64,000 nt of DNA from an uncultured bacterium (GCA_965662235.1 CBFIGY010000002.1:1-64000); one strand, 5' to 3'. Counted from the stretch's first letter, positions 29,571-39,751 are shown. Translations and numbers: made by a program. The notes: generated by a model not told the origin, from the letters alone.

Positions 29571-31055
29571 ATGGCGAAAGACATTATCGTCAACTACTCT
29601 CCGCACGAAACACGTGTTGCCGTGATGGAAGGAGGAATGCTCTGTGAGCTCTTCCATGAACGGGAACGCGAACAGCGCCTCGTGGGCAACATCTACAAGG
29701 GCAAGGTGCTCAAGGTGCTTCCCGGAATGGAGTCAGCGTTTGTTGACATTGGCGTGGAGCGTGCTGCGTTCCTCTACATTGATGACATCCTGAACCACAA
29801 GGAACTCGTGGACGAGGATGAGGACGACCGTCCTTCCAAGAAAAAGTCCAAAGAACAAAACATTGAACAGATCCTCAAGGAGGGTCAGGACGTTCTGGTG
29901 CAGGTTTCCAAGGGCCCCATCGGCACCAAAGGCGCTCGCATCACCAACCACATTTCGCTGCCGGGCCGGAACCTCGTGTACATGCCCGCGTCTTCCACCC
30001 TCGGCGTTTCACGGCAGATTTCGGAAGAAAAGGAGCGGAACCGTCTGAAAAACCTGGTCAGCCAGCTGCGTCCTGAGACCGGTGGCTTCATCATCCGGAC
30101 CGTTGCCGAGGGACGGAGCGAGGAGGACCTTCACTCCGACATCAACTACCTGGCCTCCCTCTGGGAAGACATCCGGAAGCGTTACCGTGAGCTCGAAGCC
30201 CCGGCGCTGCTGCACACGGACCTGAACGTCATCTTCCGCACAATCCGGGACATGTTTTCCACCGATGTCCGGAGGCTGGTGCTCGACCACGGCAAGCGCT
30301 ATCAGGAGGTGCGGCAGTTCGTCCGAACCTACCTCCCACGCTACGCGTCCATGATCGAGATGTTCGACCGCGATCTCCCCATCTTCGACTACTACGGGAT
30401 TGAGGCGGAGATCGATCGCGCCCTCAGCCAGAAGGTGTGGCTCCGTTCCGGCGGGTACCTCATCATCGACCAGACAGAAGCCCTCACGGCCATTGACGTC
30501 AACACCGGACGCTTCGTTGGCAAGGAAAGTCACGAAAAGACCATCCTCCGCACCAACCTAGAGGCCGCAGAAGAGATCGTCTATCAGCTTCAGCTGCGCA
30601 ACATCGGTGGCATCATCATCATCGACTTCATCGACATGGAGTCCTCACAGCACCGGCAGATGGTCTATCAGACCCTGAAGGACCACCTGCGGAACGACAA
30701 AGCCCGCAGCAAGATCCTTCAGATCAGCGAAATGGGACTGGTGGAGATGACGCGCAAGCGGGACCGGGAAAACCTGAGTCGGTACCTCTGCGACCCCTGC
30801 CCTTACTGCGACGGCACCGGACAGATCAAGTCTTCCCAAACCGTTTGCTACGAAATCTTCCGGGAGATTCAGCGCAGCTGCCAGGTCAACGGCAAGGGAT
30901 CGATCAGCGTCTATGTTCACCCCGATGTCCTCAGCTACCTTCAGGCAGAGGAGCAGGAGGCCCTGCAGGAGCTGGAGCAAGAGGTGGGTCAGCCCATCGT
31001 CCTCAAGGTCTCCGAGGCCCTTCATCATGAACAGTTTGAGGTTTATGAGTACTGA
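29571..31055 (+). CDS. rng: Ribonuclease G (Rne/Rng family)
   Basis: GNIYKG, AFVDIG, KGARIT, IDVNTG, GGIIIIDFIDM, CPYCDG; no long C-terminal tail. Confidence 0.93.
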   Translation: MAKDIIVNYSPHETRVAVMEGGMLCELFHEREREQRLVGNIYKGKVLKVLPGMESAFVDIGVERAAFLYIDDILNHKELVDEDEDDRPSKKKSKEQNIEQILKEGQDVLVQVSKGPIGTKGARITNHISLPGRNLVYMPASSTLGVSRQISEEKERNRLKNLVSQLRPETGGFIIRTVAEGRSEEDLHSDINYLASLWEDIRKRYRELEAPALLHTDLNVIFRTIRDMFSTDVRRLVLDHGKRYQEVRQFVRTYLPRYASMIEMFDRDLPIFDYYGIEAEIDRALSQKVWLRSGGYLIIDQTEALTAIDVNTGRFVGKESHEKTILRTNLEAAEEIVYQLQLRNIGGIIIIDFIDMESSQHRQMVYQTLKDHLRNDKARSKILQISEMGLVEMTRKRDRENLSRYLCDPCPYCDGTGQIKSSQTVCYEIFREIQRSCQVNGKGSISVYVHPDVLSYLQAEEQEALQELEQEVGQPIVLKVSEALHHEQFEVYEY

Positions 31056-31770
31056 CGCCCTGCGTGAAGCAGAACAGAACTTTCAGTCCCACTTGGCCAA
31101 ATCCTATCCGGGCCGAGGCATTGTCATTGGACGAGTGGACGCAGAATCGTGGATCATCGTCTACTGGATCATGGGACGCAGCGCCAACAGCCGCAACCGC
31201 GTGTTTGTCTGGGAAGACCAGCAGCTCCGGACAGAAGCTGCCGACCCAAGCAAGGTCGAGGACCCGTCTCTGATCATCTACCACGCCATCCGTCCGCTCC
31301 CACACGGTTGGGTCGTCAGCAACGGCACTCAGACGGACACGGTGATTGAAGGCATGTCCCGTGGCCTGTCCTTTGAACAGTCCCTCATCAGCGAACAGCA
31401 TGAGCCGGATGCGCCCAACTTCACACCGCGCATCACCGGATTGCTCGACCTTGATGCCGCGCATCAGCCCGTCTGCCTCTCGCAGATCCGCAAATCCGCC
31501 TGGGGGGGCTTGTCTGAACACAGCTACTACCACTACCCTGATTTCCCGGCAGGCATTGGAGTGGGCCTCAGCACCTACGAAGCAGACGGTTCACCGCTGC
31601 CCAGCTTCACGGGACGCCCCCTGCTGTTTCCGGTTGCCGAATCGCCTCAGGCGACCGCGCAACGCTACTGGGATCGTCTGGATCCAGAAAACCGTATTTC
31701 CTTGGCAGCACTGCGCCTCCACGCGTTGAAGGCGCCTGAAGTGTCGATTCTCAATCGTTTTCCAAGCTGA
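31045..31770 (+). CDS. IMP cyclohydrolase-like protein (PurO-type)
   Basis: YPGRGIVIG, IMGRSANSRNR, LIIY, SNGTQTD, EPDAPNFTPRI. Confidence 0.85.
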   Translation: MSTDALREAEQNFQSHLAKSYPGRGIVIGRVDAESWIIVYWIMGRSANSRNRVFVWEDQQLRTEAADPSKVEDPSLIIYHAIRPLPHGWVVSNGTQTDTVIEGMSRGLSFEQSLISEQHEPDAPNFTPRITGLLDLDAAHQPVCLSQIRKSAWGGLSEHSYYHYPDFPAGIGVGLSTYEADGSPLPSFTGRPLLFPVAESPQATAQRYWDRLDPENRISLAALRLHALKAPEVSILNRFPS

Positions 31771-31882
31771 ATCGCTCATGACGCTTGCCGAAAGCTTTAC
31801 TCCGGTTGCAGATGGTGGTAAAGCTAGATTCACCATTATGCCAGCTGGCACAAATTCCTGACTCCTTCCTCGAATAAAATCC

Positions 31883-32854
31883 ATGGGTGCCGAACGACGA
31901 CAATTTCTCCGAGTCCTCTTTGAAGAAACCATCGAAATCCGCACAGCAGAGTGGTCTGACCCCGTGGCAACCGGGTTGGACGTTTCGTTGAATGGGGTTC
32001 GCTTTCACTGTGAAAACTCCCTCTCTGATGGAGAAACCGTTACCATCGGCTTCCGTCCGGACTTCGAACTCGAAGGCAAGGTGCGCTGGTGCTGGCCCAT
32101 CGAGTGGTACTACCAGGCCGCTGTCCAGTTTGTGGAAATCACTCCTGACGAGCAGGAACGCCTGCGGGACTACATCATGTCCGTCACCGGAGAGGACTAC
32201 CCCATCGAGGAAGGAGACGACTCCGCACCAGCCGAATCTGCTCCGGCAGCACAGGAGGAGTACCTAGAGCTCGACGAACAGGCTCCGGCGCTTGTCACCG
32301 AGTTTGCTCCGGGGGATCTGTCTCCAATGGCCTATGCTGGCAAGATCGTCATGATCATGAGTGAGCAGGAGGAGCAGGCCGGCACCCTGAAGCGCTACCT
32401 CACGGAACGGTGCGGGTTTGAATCTGAGGTGATGAGCAAGAAACACAGCCTCTGGCGCATGATGAAGCTGGACCCGGTGGACGTGACCATCATGGAGTGG
32501 TACTCCCACGACCCGCAGGAGTCCATTGACGCAATGCTCCAAACCAAGGAACAGTTCCCAGAAACCTCTGTCATCTTCTTGGGAGGCTCTGTTTCTCTGG
32601 AAACCCGCCTGCATGCGATCAATCAAGGCGCCACCGACTTCCTCACGCAGCCGGTCAGCCTGGCCTCTGTCGCTCAGAGCGTCCTGAAGACCCTGGCTCA
32701 AGAGCAGGCTCCAGGTCTGCAGGAGACCGACGCGGTCGCGGCCACCATCGCCGCCACCCCACTCTTCTCTGAAGAGGAGCTGTCTGAGAATGATCTGCTG
32801 GAAGAAGACTTTGACCTAGGAGACGAGCTGGAGCTCATCGACGAGGATTTTTAA
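31883..32854 (+). CDS. PilZ domain plus degenerate receiver domain protein
   Basis: RRQFLR and DVSLNG PilZ motifs; REC-like KIVMIMSE..DVTIME..GATDFLTQP; acidic tail. Confidence 0.8.
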   Translation: MGAERRQFLRVLFEETIEIRTAEWSDPVATGLDVSLNGVRFHCENSLSDGETVTIGFRPDFELEGKVRWCWPIEWYYQAAVQFVEITPDEQERLRDYIMSVTGEDYPIEEGDDSAPAESAPAAQEEYLELDEQAPALVTEFAPGDLSPMAYAGKIVMIMSEQEEQAGTLKRYLTERCGFESEVMSKKHSLWRMMKLDPVDVTIMEWYSHDPQESIDAMLQTKEQFPETSVIFLGGSVSLETRLHAINQGATDFLTQPVSLASVAQSVLKTLAQEQAPGLQETDAVAATIAATPLFSEEELSENDLLEEDFDLGDELELIDEDF

Positions 32855-32898
32855 GGAAGAGTGACGCGAACCGCGTCCTGAAAAAGGAAGGTACCAAG

Positions 32899-32937
32899 AG
32901 GGAAGCGGGTGGCTGGTCCATCCGCTTCCCTTTTTTT
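32899..32937 (+). terminator. Rho-independent terminator
   Basis: AGGGAAGCGGGTGG-ctggt-CCATCCGCTTCCCT running into a T7 tract. Confidence 0.88.
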
Positions 32938-32941
32938 ATGC

Positions 32942-34513
32942 TCAGAACCGATCAGCTGTTGCCGCGTTCCAGGCACGGGCAAAGGAAGGAGGCGGATCGT
33001 TCAGCAGGATTCCGGGCTCCAGGAAGTCGTAGATCTCAGAGTAGTTCCGGATTTCCGTCGGCCCCGTCCGGCGCATGAGGTGCCACGGCCGCACCTCCTC
33101 GGTGCCGGTGAGCCCCATGGCGCCCAGCATTTCGGACACGCTGACCTCGGTGTTGCGATGGAAGTTATAAACCCGCTGGGCCTTGTCTTCCACCACCAAG
33201 CCGTCGGCATAGCGAGCGTCTTGGGTGGCCACGCCCACCGGGCAGGTGTTCGTGTTGCACTTCTGAGCCTGAATGCAGCCCAGCGCCATCATCATGCCTC
33301 GGGCGGTGTTGCAGGCATCCGCTCCCAGCGCCAAGCGCTTGATGATGCCAAAGCCCGAGGTGACCTTGCCGCTGGAAATGACGCGGATCTTGTCCCGGAG
33401 GCCACAGCCCAGCAGAGCACTGTGGACAAAAATCAGTCCCTCCACCAACGGAGTCCCGATGCTGTCGGTGAACTCAGTTGGCGCGGCACCAGTTCCTCCC
33501 TCACCACCATCAACGGTGATGAAGTCCGGCGTGATGCCCGTTTGCAGCATCGCCTTACAGATTGCTAGGAACTCCCGGCGTTTTCCCACACACAGCTTGA
33601 AGCCCACCGGCTTGCCACCTGAAAGCTCCTGGAGCTTGGCAATGAACTCCACCATCTCCAGCGGGTTGCTGAAGGCCCGGTGTCCGGGGGGCGAGTTGAC
33701 GTCGTGTCCCATCGGGACATCCCGGATTTCGGAAATTTCCTTGGTCAGCTTGGCCGCCGGCAAAATGCCTCCGTGTCCCGGCTTGGCGCCCTGCGAGACC
33801 TTGATTTCGATCATCTTGACGTTCTCGTGCGTGGCACGCATTTGAAACGTCTCCGGGTTGAAGTCACCTTCGTGGGTTCGGCAACCGAAGTAGCCGGTTC
33901 CAATCTGCCAGATCAGGTCACCGCCCTGTAGGTGGTAGGGACTGATCCCGCCCTCTCCCGTGTTGTGGGCAAACTTTCCCATCTTGGCGCCTAGGTTGAG
34001 CGCCCGGATGGCGTTGGAGCTCAGTGCCCCGAAGCTCATAGCCGAAACATTGAGGATGCTTGCCGAGTAAGGCTGCTTGCAGTCGGGGCCTCCAATCATC
34101 ACCCGCATCTCATTTGGCTCAATGTGCTTGGCCATCAAGGAGTGGTTGACCCACTCATATCCGACCTCATACACATTCCGCATGGTTCCAAACGGGATGG
34201 TGTCCCGCGCGTTCTTGGAGCGGGCGTACACCACGCTGCGTTGCTGGCGGTTGAAGGGAGTTCCGTCGGTATCAGACTCCACAAAGTACTGGTGAATCTC
34301 CGGGCGAATCTCTTCAAGCAGGAACCGGAAGTGTCCCAAAACCGGATAATTTCTGAGGATGGTGTGGTTCTTTTGCGCCATATCCCGGTAACCCAGCAGG
34401 ATGATGGGGCCCAGCACCACCAAGGACCACAAAATGGCGGGGGTCCCAAGTGCCGCGACAATCCCGTTGATGGCTAGGACCACCACGGTAAAGGTATGAA
34501 ACATCTTGCGCAT
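32942..34513 (-). CDS. FMN-binding glutamate synthase family protein (membrane-anchored)
   Basis: SAMSFGALS, NTGEGG, IKVSQGAKPGHGG, DGGEGGTGAAP, CIQAQKCNTNTCP; AAGGAG RBS. Confidence 0.93.
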   Translation of the reverse strand: MRKMFHTFTVVVLAINGIVAALGTPAILWSLVVLGPIILLGYRDMAQKNHTILRNYPVLGHFRFLLEEIRPEIHQYFVESDTDGTPFNRQQRSVVYARSKNARDTIPFGTMRNVYEVGYEWVNHSLMAKHIEPNEMRVMIGGPDCKQPYSASILNVSAMSFGALSSNAIRALNLGAKMGKFAHNTGEGGISPYHLQGGDLIWQIGTGYFGCRTHEGDFNPETFQMRATHENVKMIEIKVSQGAKPGHGGILPAAKLTKEISEIRDVPMGHDVNSPPGHRAFSNPLEMVEFIAKLQELSGGKPVGFKLCVGKRREFLAICKAMLQTGITPDFITVDGGEGGTGAAPTEFTDSIGTPLVEGLIFVHSALLGCGLRDKIRVISSGKVTSGFGIIKRLALGADACNTARGMMMALGCIQAQKCNTNTCPVGVATQDARYADGLVVEDKAQRVYNFHRNTEVSVSEMLGAMGLTGTEEVRPWHLMRRTGPTEIRNYSEIYDFLEPGILLNDPPPSFARAWNAATADRF

Positions 34514-34617
34514 GATGAAATGCTCCTTAGCGAGGTTGCGAACAAAAAGCCCCAAAGTAATGCCATGATTTCGCTGAAGACACACGCTCTTTTTTGAACC
34601 CCTTCCAGATAAAGCGA

Positions 34618-35505
34618 TCAGGGACCAGGGGCGGGGTCTTCAAAGTAAAACAGGGCCTCCTTCAGGGCCATTCCCAGCATCTGGACACGCTGTGGGCGAA
34701 AGCTCTGTCCCAGTTGCTGGAAAATTTGAATGGCGGGGGTTAGCACCTCCGCTTGGTGAGGACGGAGGTCCCAGCGCTGCATGCGTTCCGGGACCGAAAG
34801 CTGGGCCAGTTGCGTTGAGGCTTCTTGAAACTCCGACCACGTCAGCACTGGATCCAAACAGGCAGGGCGTCCGGACGCCAGCTCTGGCAAAATGCGTCCG
34901 AGCACCTTGGCGTTGCCTCCAGTCAGCAGCAGTTCCGCCCCCTCCGGAGGCTTTGCCTGCCAAGCGTCTAGAGCCGTTCGTAGCTGTTCGGGATCTGGCC
35001 TCCGGAGGGTTCCTTGATCTAGGCTGACCTGCTCACGGATCACCCGCTGCTCCAGCCGTGTCAGCTCCAGACTCCCCCCTCCAAGGTCGGCCACAATCGC
35101 ATCCACGCCTCCGGACGGGTAACGCCTCAACAGGCCCCGGATCATCGCTTGTGCCTCCTCGGGGCCACTGAGAATCCGAACCGACGCCTGCATCGTGTTC
35201 TCCACGCACCGAACCAGTTCCTCCTGGTTGCTTGCTGAACGAACCGCGCTGGTGGCATAGATCCGTAGCAACGGCGGCGGCACCCAACGCAGCAGCTCCG
35301 CGTGAAGCTCTTGCAGCGCCTGCGTCAACTCCTCCAGCAGTCCTCCAGTCACCCTTCCCTGCTGAAAGACCGCCTGTCCCAACCGGACGTGGCGGCTCCA
35401 CTTCTGATGAATGGCCACGGCACCGGCCGCATCCAGCTGCCCGATCACCAAGCGGATGGCGCTGCTTCCCAGCTCCAAGATCGCCTGTTCAGTCAAGGCA
35501 GGCAC
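34618..35505 (-). CDS. Ppx/GppA family phosphatase, short form
   Basis: ELGSSAIRL, ATSAVR, LSGPEEA, DLGGGSLE, TGG; GTG start inferred. Confidence 0.8.
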   Translation of the reverse strand: MPALTEQAILELGSSAIRLVIGQLDAAGAVAIHQKWSRHVRLGQAVFQQGRVTGGLLEELTQALQELHAELLRWVPPPLLRIYATSAVRSASNQEELVRCVENTMQASVRILSGPEEAQAMIRGLLRRYPSGGVDAIVADLGGGSLELTRLEQRVIREQVSLDQGTLRRPDPEQLRTALDAWQAKPPEGAELLLTGGNAKVLGRILPELASGRPACLDPVLTWSEFQEASTQLAQLSVPERMQRWDLRPHQAEVLTPAIQIFQQLGQSFRPQRVQMLGMALKEALFYFEDPAPGP

Positions 35506-35890
35506 GGATCGCAGCTCCAACTTGTCCCAACTCACCCTCAGCATACGTGACCTGATCACGCCGAGAGCTTCCGGGAGGTCGGGGGATGATGTGAAAGTGC
35601 ACATGGAACACTTCCTGTCCAGCATCTGGGCCATTATTGAGAACCACGTTGTAATCCACGCCCTCCTGCGAACGGCTCACAGCAGTTGCCACTCGCTGCA
35701 GCGTCTTCATCAGGGCCGCGGCTTCTTCCGGGGGCAGGTCTTCCAAACGGGCGACCTCTCGTTTGGGCACCACCAACGCGTGTCCCTTGGATTTGGGGTT
35801 GATGTCAAGGAAGGAAAACTCGGACTCGGTCTCAAGGAGACGCTCACAGGGAATGCCTCCCTGGATGATTTTGGTGAAGATGGAAGACAT
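35489..35890 (-). CDS. HIT family nucleotide hydrolase
   Basis: IFTKII, FLDINP, GHALVVPK, AGQEVFHVHFHIIPR. Confidence 0.93.
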   Translation of the reverse strand: MSSIFTKIIQGGIPCERLLETESEFSFLDINPKSKGHALVVPKREVARLEDLPPEEAAALMKTLQRVATAVSRSQEGVDYNVVLNNGPDAGQEVFHVHFHIIPRPPGSSRRDQVTYAEGELGQVGAAIRACLD

Positions 35891-35975
35891 GCGATCTGGA
35901 AAGTCGATTTGGGGTTGTTTGTTGAGGACACCAAGGCTAGGCTCTAGCCCAAACTACCTGAGTCGCTATGCCACA

Positions 35976-38789
35976 ATGACGGTGTTCGTGAATTCGACGA
36001 CCTCAAGGGGCTCGTTTCTGCTCGCCCTGATCTTCCTCCTCGTGTTGCCTCTGGACGGGATCGCGTCTTCCCCCAAGACGTTTCCCCGCTACCAGATCCA
36101 GGTGGACTACGACCACGATCAGAAACGGCTTGAGGCTAAAATGCAAGTTCGTTTTCCCTACGATTCCGGGCCTGCCACTCAGCGGATTCTGCTCCTGCCC
36201 ATGAACCGCTTCCAGGCACGGGACTCCCGGGGAATCCGCCGGCATCGGCTGGTTCCCGTGTTTGCCCAGGACCGCTTCACGGACAACAGCCAGGACCCCC
36301 TGTTTCCCTTTGGCTTCCACTCCGGAGGCACCCTCATTCATGCGGTTCGGACCCAAACCGGCGTGGAGTTGCCGTTTGAGTTGGCGCCGAATCCCGAGGT
36401 CGAAATCGGCTACTCTCCGGACGATGGGTTGCTGCGCATTTTCCCTGCGCCGGGACAGACTACGGTGGCTGACGAAGTGGAGATTGAGTTCTCCACACGC
36501 TTTCCAGAACGCCTCATGGAAGGCGTCCTCCGGGACCAGCTCATGACCACCCTCTGGCACCCGCTTGTTCCACCACAAGAAGGAAAGACTCCGGTGCTGA
36601 GCCTGGACCTGCTCCGTCCTGCACATTACCACGTCACCTGGACGACGCGTCAGCCCGGACGTCTGATTGTCCCAGATCAGGACCGAAGCCTACGGCCGGA
36701 AGAGCCTCTGGAGTCGCAGCCGGAGCCCCTGCTGCTCCGCTTTCCGGTGGTCTTCTCTCCTCAGCTCAAGCCAGCCTGGGTTGAAGAGAAGGCGGAGCCC
36801 GGGCCGCGCCTGACTTTTCAGGTTCGCCAAGGAGAGGTGCAGCGGACTCGACTCCTCGCTGAGACCGTCCGTTCGTTCCTTGCCTTTTGCAAAGAGCGCT
36901 ACCACCTTCAGGTTCCTTGGGACACCATTCACCTGGTGGAAACTCCGGCGCCGTTCGAGGAGGTCCGCGTGTATGGCAACCTCGTTCTCATTCCCACGGC
37001 CAACCTGCAGCGTTCCACTTTTCTGGACCGGCGCTCCGTGTCCTTCCTGACCCGGGCGTTGGGACAACTCTGGTTTGGAGAATGGCTTCCGGCAGACCGC
37101 AATCGGGACCTGTGGCTCCGGCTGGGCGTTCCGGCCTTTTTGGGATTGCAGTACTTTGAAGACCGCTACGGCGCCGACGCCACCATCTTTGACTTCTGGG
37201 ACTGGCTCAACCCGCGCTACCGGGAGCATTTTTTTGAACAGCCCATCCGCGGCATCCGCCATGAATTGCTCCGGCCCATCGCCACGTCCTTCCGAACCGC
37301 TCCAGCCTCTCAGGACCACCTTCGGGTGGTGACCTACAAAACGGCGCTGGTGCTTTCCATGCTGGAGTCAGTGCAGGGAACCGTGCACTTCCGGGAAGGA
37401 CTGGTACGGCTGCTCGCCCACCCGCACACCCCCACGTCCCTGCCCCGTCTGGAACAGGCGCTGACGCCTCCGGGAGAGGACTGGCACTGGTTCTTCGAAC
37501 AGTGGTTCCGGACCACCCGGACGCTCGATTATGCCTTGGGGCGCATGCAGGTGGAGGAATTGTCCGAGGGAAATTTCCGGACCACTGTGGAGGTGCAGCG
37601 CCTGGGGAAGGGGCGGATGCCCATTGACGTCCAGCTGTACCTGTCCCCAAACGAACAGCAACGCCGTCGGCTCTCCGGACGTCCGCTTCAGGAGACCGTG
37701 GTCTTCTACAGCGAAACAGCTCCCGACTGGGTGTCCCTGGATCCGGGTGAAACCCTGTTGGAAGACTCACGCATCAACAACCACTCTCGGAACTTCCTGC
37801 GGGTTCGCTTTGCCTTCGACTGGAAGAAGCAACGCGAGCAGCTCATTGCCCTCATTCCCGGCCTCTCCAGCAATGCTATTGACGGCAACTCCCTAGGCAT
37901 CGGTGTTCGTCAGCGGTTTGACAACAACGAGTTCATCCTGGCGCCCGGCTACGGGTCCCGGAACCATCAATTCATCTACCTGACTCAGTACACCCGCCGG
38001 AATTGGCTGACGCAGGGCGGGGAGCTCTTTCTCAATGCCTCCGAGTTCGGCGGCATCCGCTCCTATGGGCTGGGGCTGGGATACACGTCCCCCAGCTACG
38101 AGGACCAGATCAACCACGAGGTGCACCTCAACCTGCAACAGGAGTTGCTCCTCCAGGTTCAGGAAGGAGAGGAGAATGCCTCAGACGAAACAGGAAACCT
38201 GAGCACCGTGCGCCTTGATTATACTGGGACGTGGGAGCGGCCGTCGCTGCTGCAGCTGGAAGGAGAAACGTGGTACGAGCAAACGCTGGCGGGGGCACGG
38301 TCGGATTTTGACTACCGGCTCTGGCGAGGGCAGTTGCTGCAAAGCTGGACCCTGGGGTTTCAGGTCGAGTTCTGGCTGCAGGCCATTCGGGGTACCACGG
38401 ACGGCTTCACGCCTCTGCAGAAAAAATTCCAGCTTGGCTCTCCGGAAGTGCTTCGCGGCTACCCTCAAACCACCGCCCTCCGGGATGATGAACTGGAGGC
38501 CTGGCGAAGTGACCTCCGGTTTCCCCTCAGCACCCAAACCTGGTGGTCGGACATCAGCGCTTACGACGTCCAGGGCATCCTCTTTTATGATCAGGGACGC
38601 ATCTGGTCGCACGGAGAGTCCTCCACTGATCGGCCACTTCGGCAAAACGTTGGGATTGGCGTGGAGTGGATGCTGGACACCGTTTCGCTCTTTCAGGTGC
38701 CGCTGAAGCTGGAACTTGCGGTGCCCATTCACGATGACGAATACACCCGCCCACAGCTGGTTCTCTTAGGCACCCTTACCGGGAGCTAG
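35976..38789 (+). CDS. Exported M1-aminopeptidase-like domain (Zn site lost) fused to Omp85-like beta-barrel
   Basis: Signal peptide; QLWFG, WL..G, WFFEQW, LDP..D..NN M1 landmarks; C-terminal LRGY, FYDQG, NVGIGV, LELAVP. Confidence 0.75.
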   Translation: MTVFVNSTTSRGSFLLALIFLLVLPLDGIASSPKTFPRYQIQVDYDHDQKRLEAKMQVRFPYDSGPATQRILLLPMNRFQARDSRGIRRHRLVPVFAQDRFTDNSQDPLFPFGFHSGGTLIHAVRTQTGVELPFELAPNPEVEIGYSPDDGLLRIFPAPGQTTVADEVEIEFSTRFPERLMEGVLRDQLMTTLWHPLVPPQEGKTPVLSLDLLRPAHYHVTWTTRQPGRLIVPDQDRSLRPEEPLESQPEPLLLRFPVVFSPQLKPAWVEEKAEPGPRLTFQVRQGEVQRTRLLAETVRSFLAFCKERYHLQVPWDTIHLVETPAPFEEVRVYGNLVLIPTANLQRSTFLDRRSVSFLTRALGQLWFGEWLPADRNRDLWLRLGVPAFLGLQYFEDRYGADATIFDFWDWLNPRYREHFFEQPIRGIRHELLRPIATSFRTAPASQDHLRVVTYKTALVLSMLESVQGTVHFREGLVRLLAHPHTPTSLPRLEQALTPPGEDWHWFFEQWFRTTRTLDYALGRMQVEELSEGNFRTTVEVQRLGKGRMPIDVQLYLSPNEQQRRRLSGRPLQETVVFYSETAPDWVSLDPGETLLEDSRINNHSRNFLRVRFAFDWKKQREQLIALIPGLSSNAIDGNSLGIGVRQRFDNNEFILAPGYGSRNHQFIYLTQYTRRNWLTQGGELFLNASEFGGIRSYGLGLGYTSPSYEDQINHEVHLNLQQELLLQVQEGEENASDETGNLSTVRLDYTGTWERPSLLQLEGETWYEQTLAGARSDFDYRLWRGQLLQSWTLGFQVEFWLQAIRGTTDGFTPLQKKFQLGSPEVLRGYPQTTALRDDELEAWRSDLRFPLSTQTWWSDISAYDVQGILFYDQGRIWSHGESSTDRPLRQNVGIGVEWMLDTVSLFQVPLKLELAVPIHDDEYTRPQLVLLGTLTGS

Positions 38790-39240
38790 GGTGCAGCTGC
38801 AGCTGACGCTCTCCCTGCTGCAGGGTCACGGCCTCCGGGGCCAGTGCCTCAACCGTCCACCCTGCAAAGATTCCCCCCGCCTGCACCCACTGGTGCCGGT
38901 CTCCTTGCTTGAGCAGCGCGTAGCGTCCTTCCTCCGTTTCCACAACCGCCTGCACCTGCACCGACGTCCCCTCTGCAGAGCCTGTTGGACGGTGAGTAGG
39001 AGATGGTTCCGGAGGCACGTTTTGTGACATCGCAGGCTTTACGGGAGCAGACGGAGGTGGAGCCTTTGGCAGGGTAGGGTCTGCGGGGCCAGACGAGGAA
39101 GGGGCCGGTGCCTCGGAAGTTGCTTCAGCAGAAGAAGACTCCGATTCCAGCAGGGAGCGGAAGGGATTGAACGGATCAGCACGTCCGGAAGAACCTGCGG
39201 CTAGCAGGCTGAGTCCGATGAACAGGAGCTTACGGCTCAT
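38776..39240 (-). CDS. PilP/GspC-like periplasmic protein
   Basis: DPFNPF, Pro-rich linker, YALL..WVQAG..GWTVEAL..VTL beta domain. Confidence 0.55.
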   Translation of the reverse strand: MSRKLLFIGLSLLAAGSSGRADPFNPFRSLLESESSSAEATSEAPAPSSSGPADPTLPKAPPPSAPVKPAMSQNVPPEPSPTHRPTGSAEGTSVQVQAVVETEEGRYALLKQGDRHQWVQAGGIFAGWTVEALAPEAVTLQQGERQLQLHPSSR

Positions 39241-39751
39241 CCGGAGCCTGTTCCAGCAGACTCAGCGTCACCGCGATTTGCAGGCTGGGGTTCTGCTCCT
39301 GAGGGTGAGGGTTCTGCAGGTGCAGGACCTTGACGGGCATCCCGGGGGAACGTTCCCAGTCCTGCCACGCCTGCTGAAAGGCGGTCCAGCTTCCGGAAAA
39401 CTTCAGCTGCAGCTCACGCTCCTGGTGCTCTGCTTGCTGCTGGACGGGCCCGAGCTGCTGTTCCAAGAGGGTTAGGTTGTCGGTGGGAAGAGCCCGAACC
39501 AAGCGATACTGCGTTTCCGTTGAGCTCCAGTGATGCGGCTTGAGCGCGGCAGGTGGTCCCGGATCGGGAAGAGCTGCCAGCGGAGGTCGTTTTGCCAGCG
39601 CCGCCTGTGCGGTACGGAGCTGCTGCTGGAGCTGAGCCTCTGCCTCAAGACGTGGACGCAGCACGCGCTCCTCCAGTCCCCAGGCGCTGACCACCAGCAA
39701 GAGGACCACCAGCAGGAGGCGAGTTCGGTTCAGGCGTGGTTCCAGAGCCAT
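39230..39751 (-). CDS. PilO/GspM-like bitopic membrane protein
   Basis: Single TM, coiled coil, LQLKFSGSW..F..W ferredoxin-like pattern. Confidence 0.5.
   Translation of the reverse strand: MALEPRLNRTRLLLVVLLLVVSAWGLEERVLRPRLEAEAQLQQQLRTAQAALAKRPPLAALPDPGPPAALKPHHWSSTETQYRLVRALPTDNLTLLEQQLGPVQQQAEHQERELQLKFSGSWTAFQQAWQDWERSPGMPVKVLHLQNPHPQEQNPSLQIAVTLSLLEQAPDEP

Noticed and set aside
31839..31860. TGGCAC upstream of the PilZ gene as a sigma54 site
   Set aside because: No GC at the -12 position; only a 12-bp palindrome TGCCAGCTGGCA of unknown meaning.
35489..35634. Apparent 146-bp overlap of Ppx/GppA and HIT ORFs
   Set aside because: Ppx motifs begin only after a GTG at 35505, reducing the overlap to 17 bp.
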